Of a DNA stretch of 64,000 nt, positions 10,152 through 19,768 are shown piece after piece. How positions within the stretch are numbered: position 1 is the stretch's first letter; every line of letters begins with the position of its first letter. A model generated the notes under the pieces. The model was given only the letters and a program-made list of their open reading frames with translations. It did no database searches and was not told where the DNA came from. The DNA is from Spirochaetia bacterium (GTDB lineage: Bacteria > Spirochaetota > Spirochaetia > SZUA-6 > Bin103). Position numbers and translations under genes: made by a program. The stretch is taken from assembly GCA_965203905.1 (NCBI GenBank), contig CBDBDQ010000005.1, positions 4,192,001 through 4,256,000 of the forward strand, in the 5' to 3' direction.

Positions 10152-12653
10152 ATGGAGGTGTCGGCGTGGCTGGCCGAGCCCGCCGTCGCCGGGCTGCGGG
10201 CCGCGATCCAGGAGGCGGGCGGCCGCGAGGTGTTCTGCGTGGGCAACGCCGGTGCCGGTGGCGTGGTGCACGAGGTCACCATCGCGGCGCGCGGCAACCG
10301 TCACGCGGTGGCAGTGCTCGCCCCTTACGTCGACGGCGCCGACCTGCTGATCCACAATCACCCCTCCGGCGAGCTGCAGCCGAGCGCTGCCGACCTCGCC
10401 GTCGCCGGCTACGTCGGCGACCAGGGCAAGGGGTTCTGCATCGTCGACAACGAAGTCACCCGGATCTACGTGGTCGCCGAGCCGGTGCCGCGACGGGAGC
10501 TGCAGCGCCTGGATACCCGTGAACTGGCGTCGACCCTGCGTGCCGGCGGCGCGCTGCAGCGGCTGCATCCCGGCTACGAACAGCGCGCGGGCCAGATCGC
10601 CCTGCTGCAGTCGGCGTGCGACGCCTTCAACGACGAGGTGATCGTGGCGGCCGAGGCCGGGACCGGCATCGGCAAGTCGCTGGCCTACCTGATCCCGGCG
10701 GTGGCGTGGGCCGCGGCCAACGATGAGCGGGTGGTGGTCTCGACCGCGACCATCAACCTGCAGCAGCAGTTGCTGGCCCAGGACCTGCCGTTGGTGCAAC
10801 GCATCCTGGGTACCCGGGTGAAGAGCTGCCTGGTGCTGGGGCGCAGCAACTACCTGTGCCTGCGCCGCCTGCGTGACGCCTACGCCGAGGCGCAGGGGAT
10901 GGCGAGCGCGACCGCGGCGGGCGCCGAGGAACCGCTGGACGAGTCCACCGCCGCCGAGGTGCGGGCGCTCTACGACTGGTCCCTGGCCAGCCCCACCGGT
11001 AGCCGCAACGACCTTCCGTTCTCCACCGCGGCGGCGTCCTGGGAGCTGGTGTGCTCGGAGGGAGATGCCTGCAGCGCCCTGCGCTGTCCCGATCGCGAAG
11101 CCTGTTTCGTGCTGCGGGCGCGGCGCGAGGCCGCCGCCGCCCGCCTGCTGGTGGTCAACCACCACCTGCTGTTTGCCGATCTTGCGGTGCGCCTCGCGGG
11201 TGCCCGGGGCAGGGGCGCCCTGCAGAGCGCCGCGGTGCTGCCCGGTTTCGCGCGTGTCGTGCTGGACGAAGCCCATGCCATCGAGAGCAGCGCCCAGTCG
11301 TTCTTCTCGGAACGACTCTCGCGCTCCGGCCTGGAGCGTCTGGCAGGGCGGCTGGTGAACCGTCACCGCGGGCGCCTCCGCGGCCTGGTCCCGCGTCGTG
11401 CCGACTGGTTCGTCGGCGCCGGGCAGGAGGTAGCCGCACTGGTCGCCGAGGTGGAACGGCTGCGCCGGCTGGGCCAGCGCCTGGAGCGAGCCGGCGGTGC
11501 ACTGCTGGCCGGTGCGCCGGCCGTGGTGCTGGGCGGACCGCACCTGGATGCGGTGTTGGAGTCGCTGGCGGCGGTGGCCGCGGCGGCGGCGCGGATCGCC
11601 GCCGCGGTGGTGGCGACATTGGACCACCTCGATCCCGCCGACCAGGAGAGCGGGGATGCGGTGGAGCTGCGCATCCAGGTACGCCGCCTGCGCGCCGTCG
11701 CACAACTCTGCGAGCAGCTTGCGGTCACCGCCGACGCGTCGCACGGCGCTCCGGCGGCGGCTGCCGATACGGTGCGCTGGGTGGAGGGCCGTCGCCGGCG
11801 CGACGGCAGCACGGCAGCCTGGCTGGTGATGACGCCGATAGAGGTGGCTCCGCTGCTGCGCGCGGCGTTGTTCGAACGCTACCCCAGCGTGGTGCTCACT
11901 TCGGCCACCCTGACGGTAGCCGGCGAGTTCGGATTCTGGTGCGGTCGGGTGGGGCTCGACGGCGAACTCGGCCGGGACGTGTTCACGGAGCAGTATCCGT
12001 CACCGTTCGCCTTCCGCGAGCAGGTGCTGCTCGGCATTCCGTTCGATGCACCGGAGCCCACCAGCGCCGATCATCAGGCCTGGCTGGGTCGCTACCTGGT
12101 GCCGGCCCTGCGCGCCAGTCGCGGCCGGGCGCTGGTGCTGTTCACTTCCTACGCCATGCTGGAGCGATGCTACGCCACGGTGCGGGGAGCGCTGGCCCGG
12201 GACGGCATCGTCGTGTTGCGGCAGGGGGAGGAAGATCGCCATCGCCTGCTGCGGCGCTTCCGCGAGGACACCGCCAGCGTGTTGCTGGCCACCGATTCGT
12301 TCTGGGAAGGGATCGACGCCCCGGGCGAGACCCTGAGCCTGGTGGCGATCTGCCGCCTGCCGTTCGAGGTGCCCACCCATCCGGTGGCCGTGGCCCAGAT
12401 GGCGCGCGTTGCGGCGACGGGCGCGGACCCCTTTGCCGGCCTGACGCTGCCGCGTGCGGTGATGCGCGTGCGGCAGGGCTTCGGACGCCTGATTCGGCGC
12501 CACGACGATCGCGGGGTGGTGCTGCTGCTGGATGCCCGGCTGGCGCGTCGCGGCTACGGCGAGGTGTTCCTGCGGTCGCTGCCGGAGGTACAGTTGGAAG
12601 TTGCTCCGGGAGCAGAGCTGCTGCACCGCGTACAGGCCTTCTTCGAACGCTGA
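10152..12653 (+). CDS. DinG/YoaA-family helicase with N-terminal JAB/MPN-like domain
   Basis: HNHPSG...S..D (JAB), EAGTGIGKS, Fe-S cysteines (NYLC...C...C...C), DEAH, FWEGID, QGFGRLIR. Confidence 0.9.
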   Translation: MEVSAWLAEPAVAGLRAAIQEAGGREVFCVGNAGAGGVVHEVTIAARGNRHAVAVLAPYVDGADLLIHNHPSGELQPSAADLAVAGYVGDQGKGFCIVDNEVTRIYVVAEPVPRRELQRLDTRELASTLRAGGALQRLHPGYEQRAGQIALLQSACDAFNDEVIVAAEAGTGIGKSLAYLIPAVAWAAANDERVVVSTATINLQQQLLAQDLPLVQRILGTRVKSCLVLGRSNYLCLRRLRDAYAEAQGMASATAAGAEEPLDESTAAEVRALYDWSLASPTGSRNDLPFSTAAASWELVCSEGDACSALRCPDREACFVLRARREAAAARLLVVNHHLLFADLAVRLAGARGRGALQSAAVLPGFARVVLDEAHAIESSAQSFFSERLSRSGLERLAGRLVNRHRGRLRGLVPRRADWFVGAGQEVAALVAEVERLRRLGQRLERAGGALLAGAPAVVLGGPHLDAVLESLAAVAAAAARIAAAVVATLDHLDPADQESGDAVELRIQVRRLRAVAQLCEQLAVTADASHGAPAAAADTVRWVEGRRRRDGSTAAWLVMTPIEVAPLLRAALFERYPSVVLTSATLTVAGEFGFWCGRVGLDGELGRDVFTEQYPSPFAFREQVLLGIPFDAPEPTSADHQAWLGRYLVPALRASRGRALVLFTSYAMLERCYATVRGALARDGIVVLRQGEEDRHRLLRRFREDTASVLLATDSFWEGIDAPGETLSLVAICRLPFEVPTHPVAVAQMARVAATGADPFAGLTLPRAVMRVRQGFGRLIRRHDDRGVVLLLDARLARRGYGEVFLRSLPEVQLEVAPGAELLHRVQAFFER

Positions 12654-12688
12654 AGCTGGCCGGCGAACCCTACCGGGCCCGGAAGCAC

Positions 12689-12719
12689 AAAAAAGCCCGG
12701 CCGCGGAAGGACCGAGCTT
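12689..12719 (-). terminator. Rho-independent terminator of groES
   Basis: Minus strand AAGCTCGGTC-loop-GGCCGGGC followed by TTTTTT, just after the groES stop. Confidence 0.7.
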
Positions 12720-12737
12720 CAATGACGAAGGACAGGC

Positions 12738-13001
12738 TTAGCTGTAGACGGCGAGAATGTCCGCGGCCTTGAGAATGAGCTGTTCCTCGTCGTTCACCTT
12801 CACGCTGGTGCCGGCGTACTTGTCGTAGATGATCTTGTCATCCACCTTGACCGTGATCTCTTCGTCGTCTCCAACGGCGAGAACCACCCCGTTCTGGGTC
12901 TTTTCCTGCGCCGTATCCGGAATGTAGATACCGCCGGCGGTCTTCTGGTCCGCTTCCTCGACCTTGACCAGAACGCGATCACCGAGAGGCTTGATGGTCA
13001 T
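12738..13001 (-). CDS. groES: Co-chaperonin GroES (no adjacent groEL)
   Basis: MTIKPLGDRVLV...TAGGIYIPDTAQEK...KYAGT; GGAGG RBS before ATG 13001. Confidence 0.95.
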   Translation of the reverse strand: MTIKPLGDRVLVKVEEADQKTAGGIYIPDTAQEKTQNGVVLAVGDDEEITVKVDDKIIYDKYAGTSVKVNDEEQLILKAADILAVYS

Positions 13002-13055
13002 GGTAGATCCTCCTGTGAACAATGAGAAGTTCTTTGTGTTTTGGGGTTCGGGCGC

Positions 13056-13085
13056 AATATACCGATGGAGCGAATTTGGGGTCAA
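13056..13085 (-). promoter_or_regulatory. Sigma70-type promoter for groES
   Basis: TTGACC-N18-TATATT on the minus strand. Confidence 0.55.
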
Positions 13086-13174
13086 CCGGAACCGGCGTTT
13101 GCTTTCCAGGTCCCCGGAGCCCCCGGAGCAGGGTCGGGTGGCCGCCGGACACCGGTGCTCAGTATCTTCAGCCG

Positions 13175-13858
13175 GTGACGGCGCCACGTCGCAGTCCGCG
13201 CTGGCGGCAGCAGTTCAACAACGGCCGGCGCGCTCTCCGCGGCCATCGCAACCGCCGCGCCCTGGAGTTTCTCACCGCCGCGCTGGCCTCGTGCCCGGCT
13301 TCCGGGCGCGCCGATCTGGCCGCCGTGCTCCGGTCGCTGGGCTTCGCCTGTGCCCGTCTGGGACGCCGGGATGCCGCGTTGCGCTGCTGGGTGGATGCAC
13401 AGCGGACGCACAAGGATCCGCATCTGGCGCGCCTGATTCGCGCCTGCAGCAACGATCACGGCATGGCCCGCCAGGGCCACCGCCTGCTCGACGACTGGCG
13501 GGCGTTCCATTCGCTGCAGCTTGCCCGTTACGTTCGCGCCAAGGCACGCCCCCGTCTCGGCGCGGCGGAGACCGACATGCTGCGTGACCTGCTGTGGGGC
13601 CACTTCACCGAGCTGGTGCGGAGCGGCGTGCTGCACGGCCGGACCGCCGAGCAGCGGCGCCGGCTGTTCGCCGGCATGCAGATCTCGTTGCCGCTGCTGC
13701 TGCCGGCGGCGACCGACGCCGAGCGCGTCGTGGCGGTCGATTTCGTGCGCCGCCGGCGTGCGCTGGACGCCGATCCGTGCGTCTGCGGCAGCGGATTGCC
13801 CTACGTGGTATGTTGTGGGCGCATTCCTACCAGCGAAGAGATCGCGATTGGTTCATAA
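13175..13858 (+). CDS. TPR-like protein with C-terminal SEC-C motif (start uncertain)
   Basis: Helical TPR-like segment and DPCVCGSGLPYVVCCG SEC-C motif. Confidence 0.7.
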   Translation: MTAPRRSPRWRQQFNNGRRALRGHRNRRALEFLTAALASCPASGRADLAAVLRSLGFACARLGRRDAALRCWVDAQRTHKDPHLARLIRACSNDHGMARQGHRLLDDWRAFHSLQLARYVRAKARPRLGAAETDMLRDLLWGHFTELVRSGVLHGRTAEQRRRLFAGMQISLPLLLPAATDAERVVAVDFVRRRRALDADPCVCGSGLPYVVCCGRIPTSEEIAIGS

Positions 13859-14000
13859 TGCGCCACATTCCACCTGCAGTCGGGCCAAGTGGGTCGCTTT
13901 GACCCACTTGCGGCACCCCCTTCCGTCGCAACGTTTCTTAAACCTCTCAGTAATTCTTTCCGATATAATAAAATAAGCAACACTGAACGACGCAAATAAG

Positions 14001-14017
14001 TTGGTACGGAAATTGCA
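14001..14017 (+). promoter_or_regulatory. Sigma54 (RpoN) -24/-12 promoter
   Basis: TTGGTACGGAAATTGCA matches TGGYAC-N5-TTGCA about 30 nt before the sigma-factor ATG; AT-rich tract upstream. Confidence 0.75.
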
Positions 14018-14046
14018 TACAAGTGAGCGAACGAGTTAGTATCATC

Positions 14047-14946
14047 ATGTCTCAGACGTCAAAATCCAAGCGCACCACCGGAACCCGGCTGCGCACGACC
14101 ACCGATCACGGTGACGACAGCGTCCTGTCGCTGTACCTGCGGGACATCAACCGCATTCCGCTGCTCACCCGCGAGCAGGAGATCGACTTCGCCACCCGCG
14201 CCCGCGATGGTGACGAGGCCGCCAAGGAGCACCTGGTTCGGGCCAATCTCCGCTTCGTCGTCAATGTGGCCAAGAAGTATCAGAACCAGGGACTGCCCCT
14301 CACTGACCTGATCAGCGAGGGCAACATCGGGCTGATGAACGCCGTCGAGCGTTTCGACGTGACCAAGGGCTACCACTTCATCTCCTACGCGGTGTGGTGG
14401 ATACGGCAGGCTATCCTCAAGGCGGTGTGCGAGAAGTCGCGCATGATCCGGTTGCCGCTCAACCGGGCCAACGAGCTGGTGCAGATCGAGAAGGCGCGCA
14501 AGCAACTCCAGGGCGACCGCTCCGCGGAACCCAAGCTGGCGGCGGTGGCGAAGGCGGTGGACATGCCCTCCACGCACGTCGAGTCGCTGGTCAGCATCTC
14601 GCGCGACCTGGTGTCCCTGGACAGCCCGGTAGGCGTGGATCGCGACGCCTCGACCATCGGCGACTTCGTGGCCGACACCGACTACCAGTCTCCGGAGGAG
14701 CAGGCCCAGGACAGCGCCCTGAAGGACCAGATCAACAAGGTGCTGGCAACCCTGACCGAGAAGGAAGCCGACATCATCGTGCGCCGCTTCGGTCTCAACG
14801 GCAAGCAGCCGCTGTCGCTGAAGGAGATCGGCGCCCGCTACCGGCTGACCAAGGAGCGCATCCGCCAGATCGAGAAGAAGGCGTTGCGCCGCCTGCGCCA
14901 CCCCTCGCGCAGCCAGTACCTGGAAGCGTTCGCCTCCTCCGCCTGA
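14047..14946 (+). CDS. RNA polymerase sigma-70 family factor, short RpoS/SigA-like
   Basis: Region 1.2 LYLRDINRIPLL, region 2 ANLRFVV/DLISEGNIGL/YAVWWIRQAI, region 4 LKEIG...ERIRQIE; no region 1.1. Confidence 0.9.
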   Translation: MSQTSKSKRTTGTRLRTTTDHGDDSVLSLYLRDINRIPLLTREQEIDFATRARDGDEAAKEHLVRANLRFVVNVAKKYQNQGLPLTDLISEGNIGLMNAVERFDVTKGYHFISYAVWWIRQAILKAVCEKSRMIRLPLNRANELVQIEKARKQLQGDRSAEPKLAAVAKAVDMPSTHVESLVSISRDLVSLDSPVGVDRDASTIGDFVADTDYQSPEEQAQDSALKDQINKVLATLTEKEADIIVRRFGLNGKQPLSLKEIGARYRLTKERIRQIEKKALRRLRHPSRSQYLEAFASSA

Positions 14947-15019
14947 ACTCCTATGCCAGCCGCTCCTTGGTGATGCGGCTGGCATAGGCTTGCCAGAATC
15001 CGATTCTGCGTCCGCCGGC

Positions 15020-15769
15020 ATGGAACTGTATCTCATCAGACACGGACAGTCGGCCAACAACCGGCGCAAGGCCCGGCTGGCTGAAGGAGCACTACCCAGG
15101 TCCGAGCAGCGCCGGTCCGAGCAGCGCCGGTCCGAGGCCTTTCCGAAGCCCGAGCCCCGGATCCCCGACCCGGAGTTGACCCCCCTTGGGGAACGACAGG
15201 CACGTTTGGCCGGTGAGTGGCTCAAGGGAGAGGGGATCACCAGACTCTACTGCGGGCCGATGTTGCGCACGTTGCAGACGGCACGGATCATCGGCGACAT
15301 AGTCGATTCCCCGCCGCATGTCTTCGTTGGGCTGCATGAGTGGGCAGGCGTATGGCAGTTCCCGGGCAAACAAGGCAGTGCTCAACTGTACGGGCTGACC
15401 CGAGGAGAAATGAGCACGATGTTCCTCGGTTTCGTGTTGCCTGACGAAGTCACCGACCGGGGTTGGTGGTTCCACGACTGGGATGGCGACCGGGCGATGC
15501 TGGACCTCGCCCATCGCAACGCGTTGTCCTTCATTGCCCATCTGGAGACACACCACATCGATTCAGAGGAACGGGTCGCTGCTGTACTGCACGGTGGGTC
15601 CGGCTCCAGTCTCGTCGGCGCGCTACTGGGTGTCCCTCAGGATGTGAAGTATGCGCGGTTCAACCATGATAACACCGGGGTGAGCCGGATCTCGATCACC
15701 CCGGAACGCCGGCAACTGCGCTACCTGAACCGCATCGATCACCTGAGCGACACGGCCGCGCGGTCGTAA
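15020..15769 (+). CDS. Histidine phosphatase (phosphoglycerate mutase family) protein
   Basis: LIRHGQS, PELTPLG, GPMLRTLQTA, LHE, VLHG motifs. Confidence 0.85.
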   Translation: MELYLIRHGQSANNRRKARLAEGALPRSEQRRSEQRRSEAFPKPEPRIPDPELTPLGERQARLAGEWLKGEGITRLYCGPMLRTLQTARIIGDIVDSPPHVFVGLHEWAGVWQFPGKQGSAQLYGLTRGEMSTMFLGFVLPDEVTDRGWWFHDWDGDRAMLDLAHRNALSFIAHLETHHIDSEERVAAVLHGGSGSSLVGALLGVPQDVKYARFNHDNTGVSRISITPERRQLRYLNRIDHLSDTAARS

Positions 15770-15876
15770 CGTCAGAACGTAAGCGTCAGTCAGTTCCGTC
15801 CCACCGTTGGGAGTAGCGTGGTGCCGTAGCGTATCAACGGGAGCCGACGACGGCGCGCGCGGTGAGCATCGCGCCA

Positions 15877-17424
15877 TCAGGCGGGAGCCACGTCGAAGGC
15901 CGTGATGTCGCGGCTTTCGGCGCTGACTTCCACGCCGATCAGATGCACCGCTCGGCCCGGGGAGCGGTGCTTGTCGGCATACCTCCGCGCCTTGAGTTGC
16001 GTCAGCGCGGCGCCTCGTTCCGACCGCTCCGCCACCTTGAACTCGAACAGACACGCGTTGCCATTGATCCGTACCGCCAGGTCCAGCCGGCCGCGGCTCG
16101 ACGCGTCCTCCACCGACACGTAGTCCAGCGACGCCTGGAAGAAGGCGTAGAACACGCTCGCCCAGTACCCTTCGTAGCGGGCGATGTCGTTGCGGCGGTG
16201 CCAGTCGTGGGGGATGCCCGCCAGCAGCGTGCGCAACAGCGCCTCCAAGCCCGGCCAGTCCTCCGCCGCCAGCAGTCGCCGCAGCGCCCCGCCGTCCGCA
16301 GCGCGCCGCCAGTTCGGCGCCAGCGCGTCGAGCAGGCTCCCGTTCAGGCCCCGTCTCACTTCCCGGTTGGGATACCCCAGACGATACCGCAACGGGCCGC
16401 CGTTCCGCTCCACGTCCACGATCGTCAGATAGCCGGTCTGAAACAGCAGCGCCTCCGGGGCGATGTGGTCGATGTCGAAGGACGACAGCAGGGCGGAGTC
16501 GGCAAGGACGTGTTCCAGGTCCGGGGCGGTGAAGCCGCGCCGAATCAGCGTCTCCACCAGGAATCTCGGCGTCGCGGTCTCGAACCAATGCTCTTCGAAC
16601 TCGCGGCTGCGGAACAGCTTGAGCAGGCCGTAGGGGTTGTAGACCGGCTCGGCGCCCCGCCAGCAGTAGCCGTTGTACCACGCGCGGATAGCGTCCCGGT
16701 CCAGGCCCGGCAGCTCGGGCGCGAACACCGCGTCCAGGTCCGCCTCCGTGTAGCCGCAGATCGCCGAGTAGGCCGGGTCCAGGGTGAGATCGGTAAGGTT
16801 GTTCAGGTCCGAGAACAGGCTCACCTTGCTGAACTTGCTCACGCCGGTGATGAAGGTAAGCTCCACGTAGGCGTCGCACGCCTTGATCGTCCCGTACAGA
16901 CCGCGCAGGTCGTCGCGGTTGGTGCGCGCGATCTCCGGCTCGTCCATCGCATCCAGGATCGGCTTGTCGTACTCGTCCACCAGCACGACTACCCGCCGGC
17001 CGGCGTGCTCGCTCAGCGCTTCGATCAGGCGGCGGAACCGCACCGGGGCGCTGATGCCGGGCGCATCGACGCCGGCCCGCCGACCCGTGTCCTCGATCTG
17101 CGCGACCGCGCTCTCCTCCAGGACGCCGGGCCGCTTGAAGTTGCCGCTGCTGAAGTCCAGCCGCACCACCGGATGGCGTCTGGACCATTCCCAGCCAGCG
17201 TGGACGGCCAGGCCGCGGAACAGCGCCTCGCTGCCCTCGAACAGCTCCTTGAGCGTGTCGACGAACAGGCTCTTGCCGAACCGGCGGGGGCGCGACAGGA
17301 AGAAGTGCTTGCCGCCTTCGTCCACGAGTTGGCGCGCGTAGGCGGTCTTGTCGACGTAGTAGTAGTCTTCCTCGCGGATACGTCGGAAGGTCTGGATGCC
17401 GATGGGGAGCCTGCGTCTGCCCAT
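15877..17424 (-). CDS. AAA-ATPase-like plus PD-(D/E)XK nuclease protein
   Basis: LPIGIQTF, YYVDKT, RPRRFGKS, LVDEYDKP; C-terminal GRLDL...FEFK. Confidence 0.9.
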   Translation of the reverse strand: MGRRRLPIGIQTFRRIREEDYYYVDKTAYARQLVDEGGKHFFLSRPRRFGKSLFVDTLKELFEGSEALFRGLAVHAGWEWSRRHPVVRLDFSSGNFKRPGVLEESAVAQIEDTGRRAGVDAPGISAPVRFRRLIEALSEHAGRRVVVLVDEYDKPILDAMDEPEIARTNRDDLRGLYGTIKACDAYVELTFITGVSKFSKVSLFSDLNNLTDLTLDPAYSAICGYTEADLDAVFAPELPGLDRDAIRAWYNGYCWRGAEPVYNPYGLLKLFRSREFEEHWFETATPRFLVETLIRRGFTAPDLEHVLADSALLSSFDIDHIAPEALLFQTGYLTIVDVERNGGPLRYRLGYPNREVRRGLNGSLLDALAPNWRRAADGGALRRLLAAEDWPGLEALLRTLLAGIPHDWHRRNDIARYEGYWASVFYAFFQASLDYVSVEDASSRGRLDLAVRINGNACLFEFKVAERSERGAALTQLKARRYADKHRSPGRAVHLIGVEVSAESRDITAFDVAPA

Positions 17425-17915
17425 GGCGGCACCCTACGCCGTTCGATCAGCCTCCGCAACCAATACGCCCACGTGGCCGCGTGAGGAAGCCGCCACCTCA
17501 CTTGAGTCAGCACGGTCACTCCGTGACACGGAGAGACCATGAAAACGGCGCATGGGGCCAGTGCACGGTGGCCGCCATTTTCGGACCAGGGCACAGTGTG
17601 CAAGTAGAGAGTTCCGACGACCGTACGGCGCACGATTACCGGATGCCAGCGCGCCTTCTCCCGGTGCCGGTAGCGGGAGACGCGCGCGGACGGGAACGAC
17701 TCACGAGTTGCAACGCAAGGGCGGAACCAGGGGACAGTCAGGCACTCAGGCAGGTGTTACCCCATTATGTGGCACCGGCGTGATGCAGGGGCATTCGGCC
17801 CGCTATGCTGCGCTGGCGGCGGCTCCATAAGCGAGTTGCCACGTTTTGGGGTCGCATCCCACTCAGGCAAGTCTTGACAGGGGCGTTTCAGAACTCCGAC
17901 TCTTCGTCCGCCGGC

Positions 17916-18668
17916 ATGGAACTGTATCTCATCAGACACGGGCAGTCGGCCAACAACCTGAGAAAGCAGGCCTTAGCAAAACAGGCACTGGCCGAGCACC
18001 CGCGCACTTCGCCCGCGACATCCGTGCCGCGCATGGCTGACCCGCCGCTAACGGATCTCGGCGAGCTGCAGGCGCGATTGGCCGGCGAGTCACTCAGGGA
18101 CGAGGGGATCACCAGACTGTACTGCGGGCCGATGCTGCGAACCCTGAAGACGGCGCAGATCATCGGCCGCTACCCAAGCTCTCCCCCCACGTGTTCGTTG
18201 GACTTCACGAGTGGGCGGCGTGTGGGAACCGCGCGACGCCGCCAACAGCGTTCAGCTCCCCGGACTAACCCGGAAGGAAATGAGCGCGCTGTTTCCCGGC
18301 TTCGCGCTACCCGCCGACGTCACCGACCGCGGCTGGTGGTTCCACAACTGGGAGGGCGACCGGGCGATGCTGGACCTCACCCATCGCAATGCGCTGGCGT
18401 TCGTCGCCCACCGGAAGCCCACCACATCGACACGGAGGAACGGGTAGCCGCGATCCTGCACGGAGGGTCCGGGTCAAGTCTCGTCAGTGCGCTGTTCGGC
18501 ATCCCGGCGAAGTGGCCGGGCAGTGCGAACGTGGAGACGGCCTCGCGCTACGCACGCTTCGTCCACGAAAACGCCGGGGCGAGCCGGATCTCGATCACCT
18601 TGGAATGCCGGCAGCTGCGCTACCTGAACCGCATCGATCACCTGAGCGATACGGCGCTGCAGTCGTAA
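17916..18668 (+). pseudogene. Second histidine phosphatase paralog, frameshifted (near 18180 and 18415)
   Basis: Paralog of 15020-15769 (same MELYLIRHGQSANN start and YLNRIDHLSDT end), but the middle part lies in another frame; could be sequencing error. Confidence 0.7.
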
Positions 18669-19234
18669 CCGCTACAGCCGGGGATAGATTAGGATGTGCG
18701 GTTGCCGGATCGGAGGACAGGTTGCCGTGGCTTCAGCCGCGCCTATGATCGTCGTCCTTCCGAGCGCATCTATCGATCGGGAACGGTAGATGCGGTTCTG
18801 CAGGACTGCTCGGTCGAGATCTGCGACGGCACGCTGCGCAGGTTCATGCGTCCCTCAGATGTCAGTGACCGCGACGTAACGGTTCTGCGCCGGAGGCACC
18901 CAGTGCTGGCGCACTTTTTGGATCACGCAGTTCGGGCGTAATCCTGCGAACTGCGAGGTCATGTCCCAGGCGCTCTTTTTCACGCATATAGAGGCTGAGT
19001 TTCCATCACCCGAGTACTCGGCGCTCGGCGGACACTACTCATCCCCCGATGACTATGGGGCGGAGTAGAGGAGTTCAACGATTGGTGTGCGGAGTTGGCC
19101 CGTGTGTTATGTGCGCTCTGTGAGATGATGGGAGTTCCGGGAATTACATATTGGTCGTAACAGCCAGGGACGAAATTCAGCACTTGACGGCACCGGAAGG
19201 ACTTGCTGGTCTGGAGCACCGACAGTGCTGCACG

Positions 19235-19264
19235 TTGACCTAATCCGTGGGGACGGGCTACGAT
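19235..19264 (+). promoter_or_regulatory. Putative sigma70 promoter for the tRNA-like gene
   Basis: TTGACC-N18-TACGAT about 36 nt upstream of the tRNA-like sequence. Confidence 0.45.
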
Positions 19265-19300
19265 AGGAGACGGTCGGGGAAGTAAAGTCCCCGGCACGAG

Positions 19301-19376
19301 ACGCCCGTAGCTCAAACGGACGGAGCAACGTGGATTTACGACCCGTAGGTTGCAGGTTTGAGCCCTGCCGGGCGTG
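19301..19376 (+). tRNA. Degenerate tRNA-Arg-like gene (pseudo-tRNA) with distorted anticodon arm
   Basis: Acceptor ACGCCCG/CGGGCGT, D-arm GCTC/GAGC, T-arm GCAGG-TTTGAGC-CCTGC; anticodon arm is 19 nt instead of 17 (ACGTGGATTTACGACCCGT); T-loop TTT instead of TTC. Confidence 0.7.
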
Positions 19377-19469
19377 TCGCCTGACCAGACCATATCAGAC
19401 CGGTCGATTCATGTCAGGCCAGAACCGCTGGGAAGGCTGCCGGGAAGCCGACCGGGAGATGAAGAACAG

Positions 19470-19652
19470 GTGCAACACACATTATCGAGGAAAGCTGCCC
19501 AAGTCGTGACATGTCGTAAGTGTCGGGCCGAGAGCCGGATAAAATACCAACCGTACGACGGGACGATCAGCATGCCGTGCTGGTCGTGTGGAACATCGCT
19601 TGAGATAGACCTTGGGGTGCCAGTGATACCATGGCCAAAATCTCGAAAGTAA
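19470..19652 (+). CDS. Small Zn-ribbon protein
   Basis: CRKC...CWSC pair in a 60-aa ORF; GTG start. Confidence 0.5.
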   Translation: MQHTLSRKAAQVVTCRKCRAESRIKYQPYDGTISMPCWSCGTSLEIDLGVPVIPWPKSRK

Positions 19653-19681
19653 ACTGACGCTCTACCGTCCTGGCCTCCCAC

Positions 19682-19710
19682 TTGACACTTTGACGCCCGT
19701 CTGATAAGGT
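19682..19710 (+). promoter_or_regulatory. Sigma70 promoter for the HsdR_N-domain gene
   Basis: TTGACA-N17-TAAGGT. Confidence 0.55.
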
Positions 19711-19768
19711 GGACGCATGATCGAAAACAGCAATACCACCGCGCTCATCACGTTCGGAGGTTGAGATT

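Noticed and set aside
12738-13090. groES without groEL; CIRCE element
   Set aside because: Separate groES is common in spirochaetes, and no TTAGCACTC-N9-GAGTGCTAA is visible.
15097-15137. 15-bp tandem repeat (GGTCCGAGCAGCGCC)
   Set aside because: Short in-frame loop expansion with no sign of independent function.
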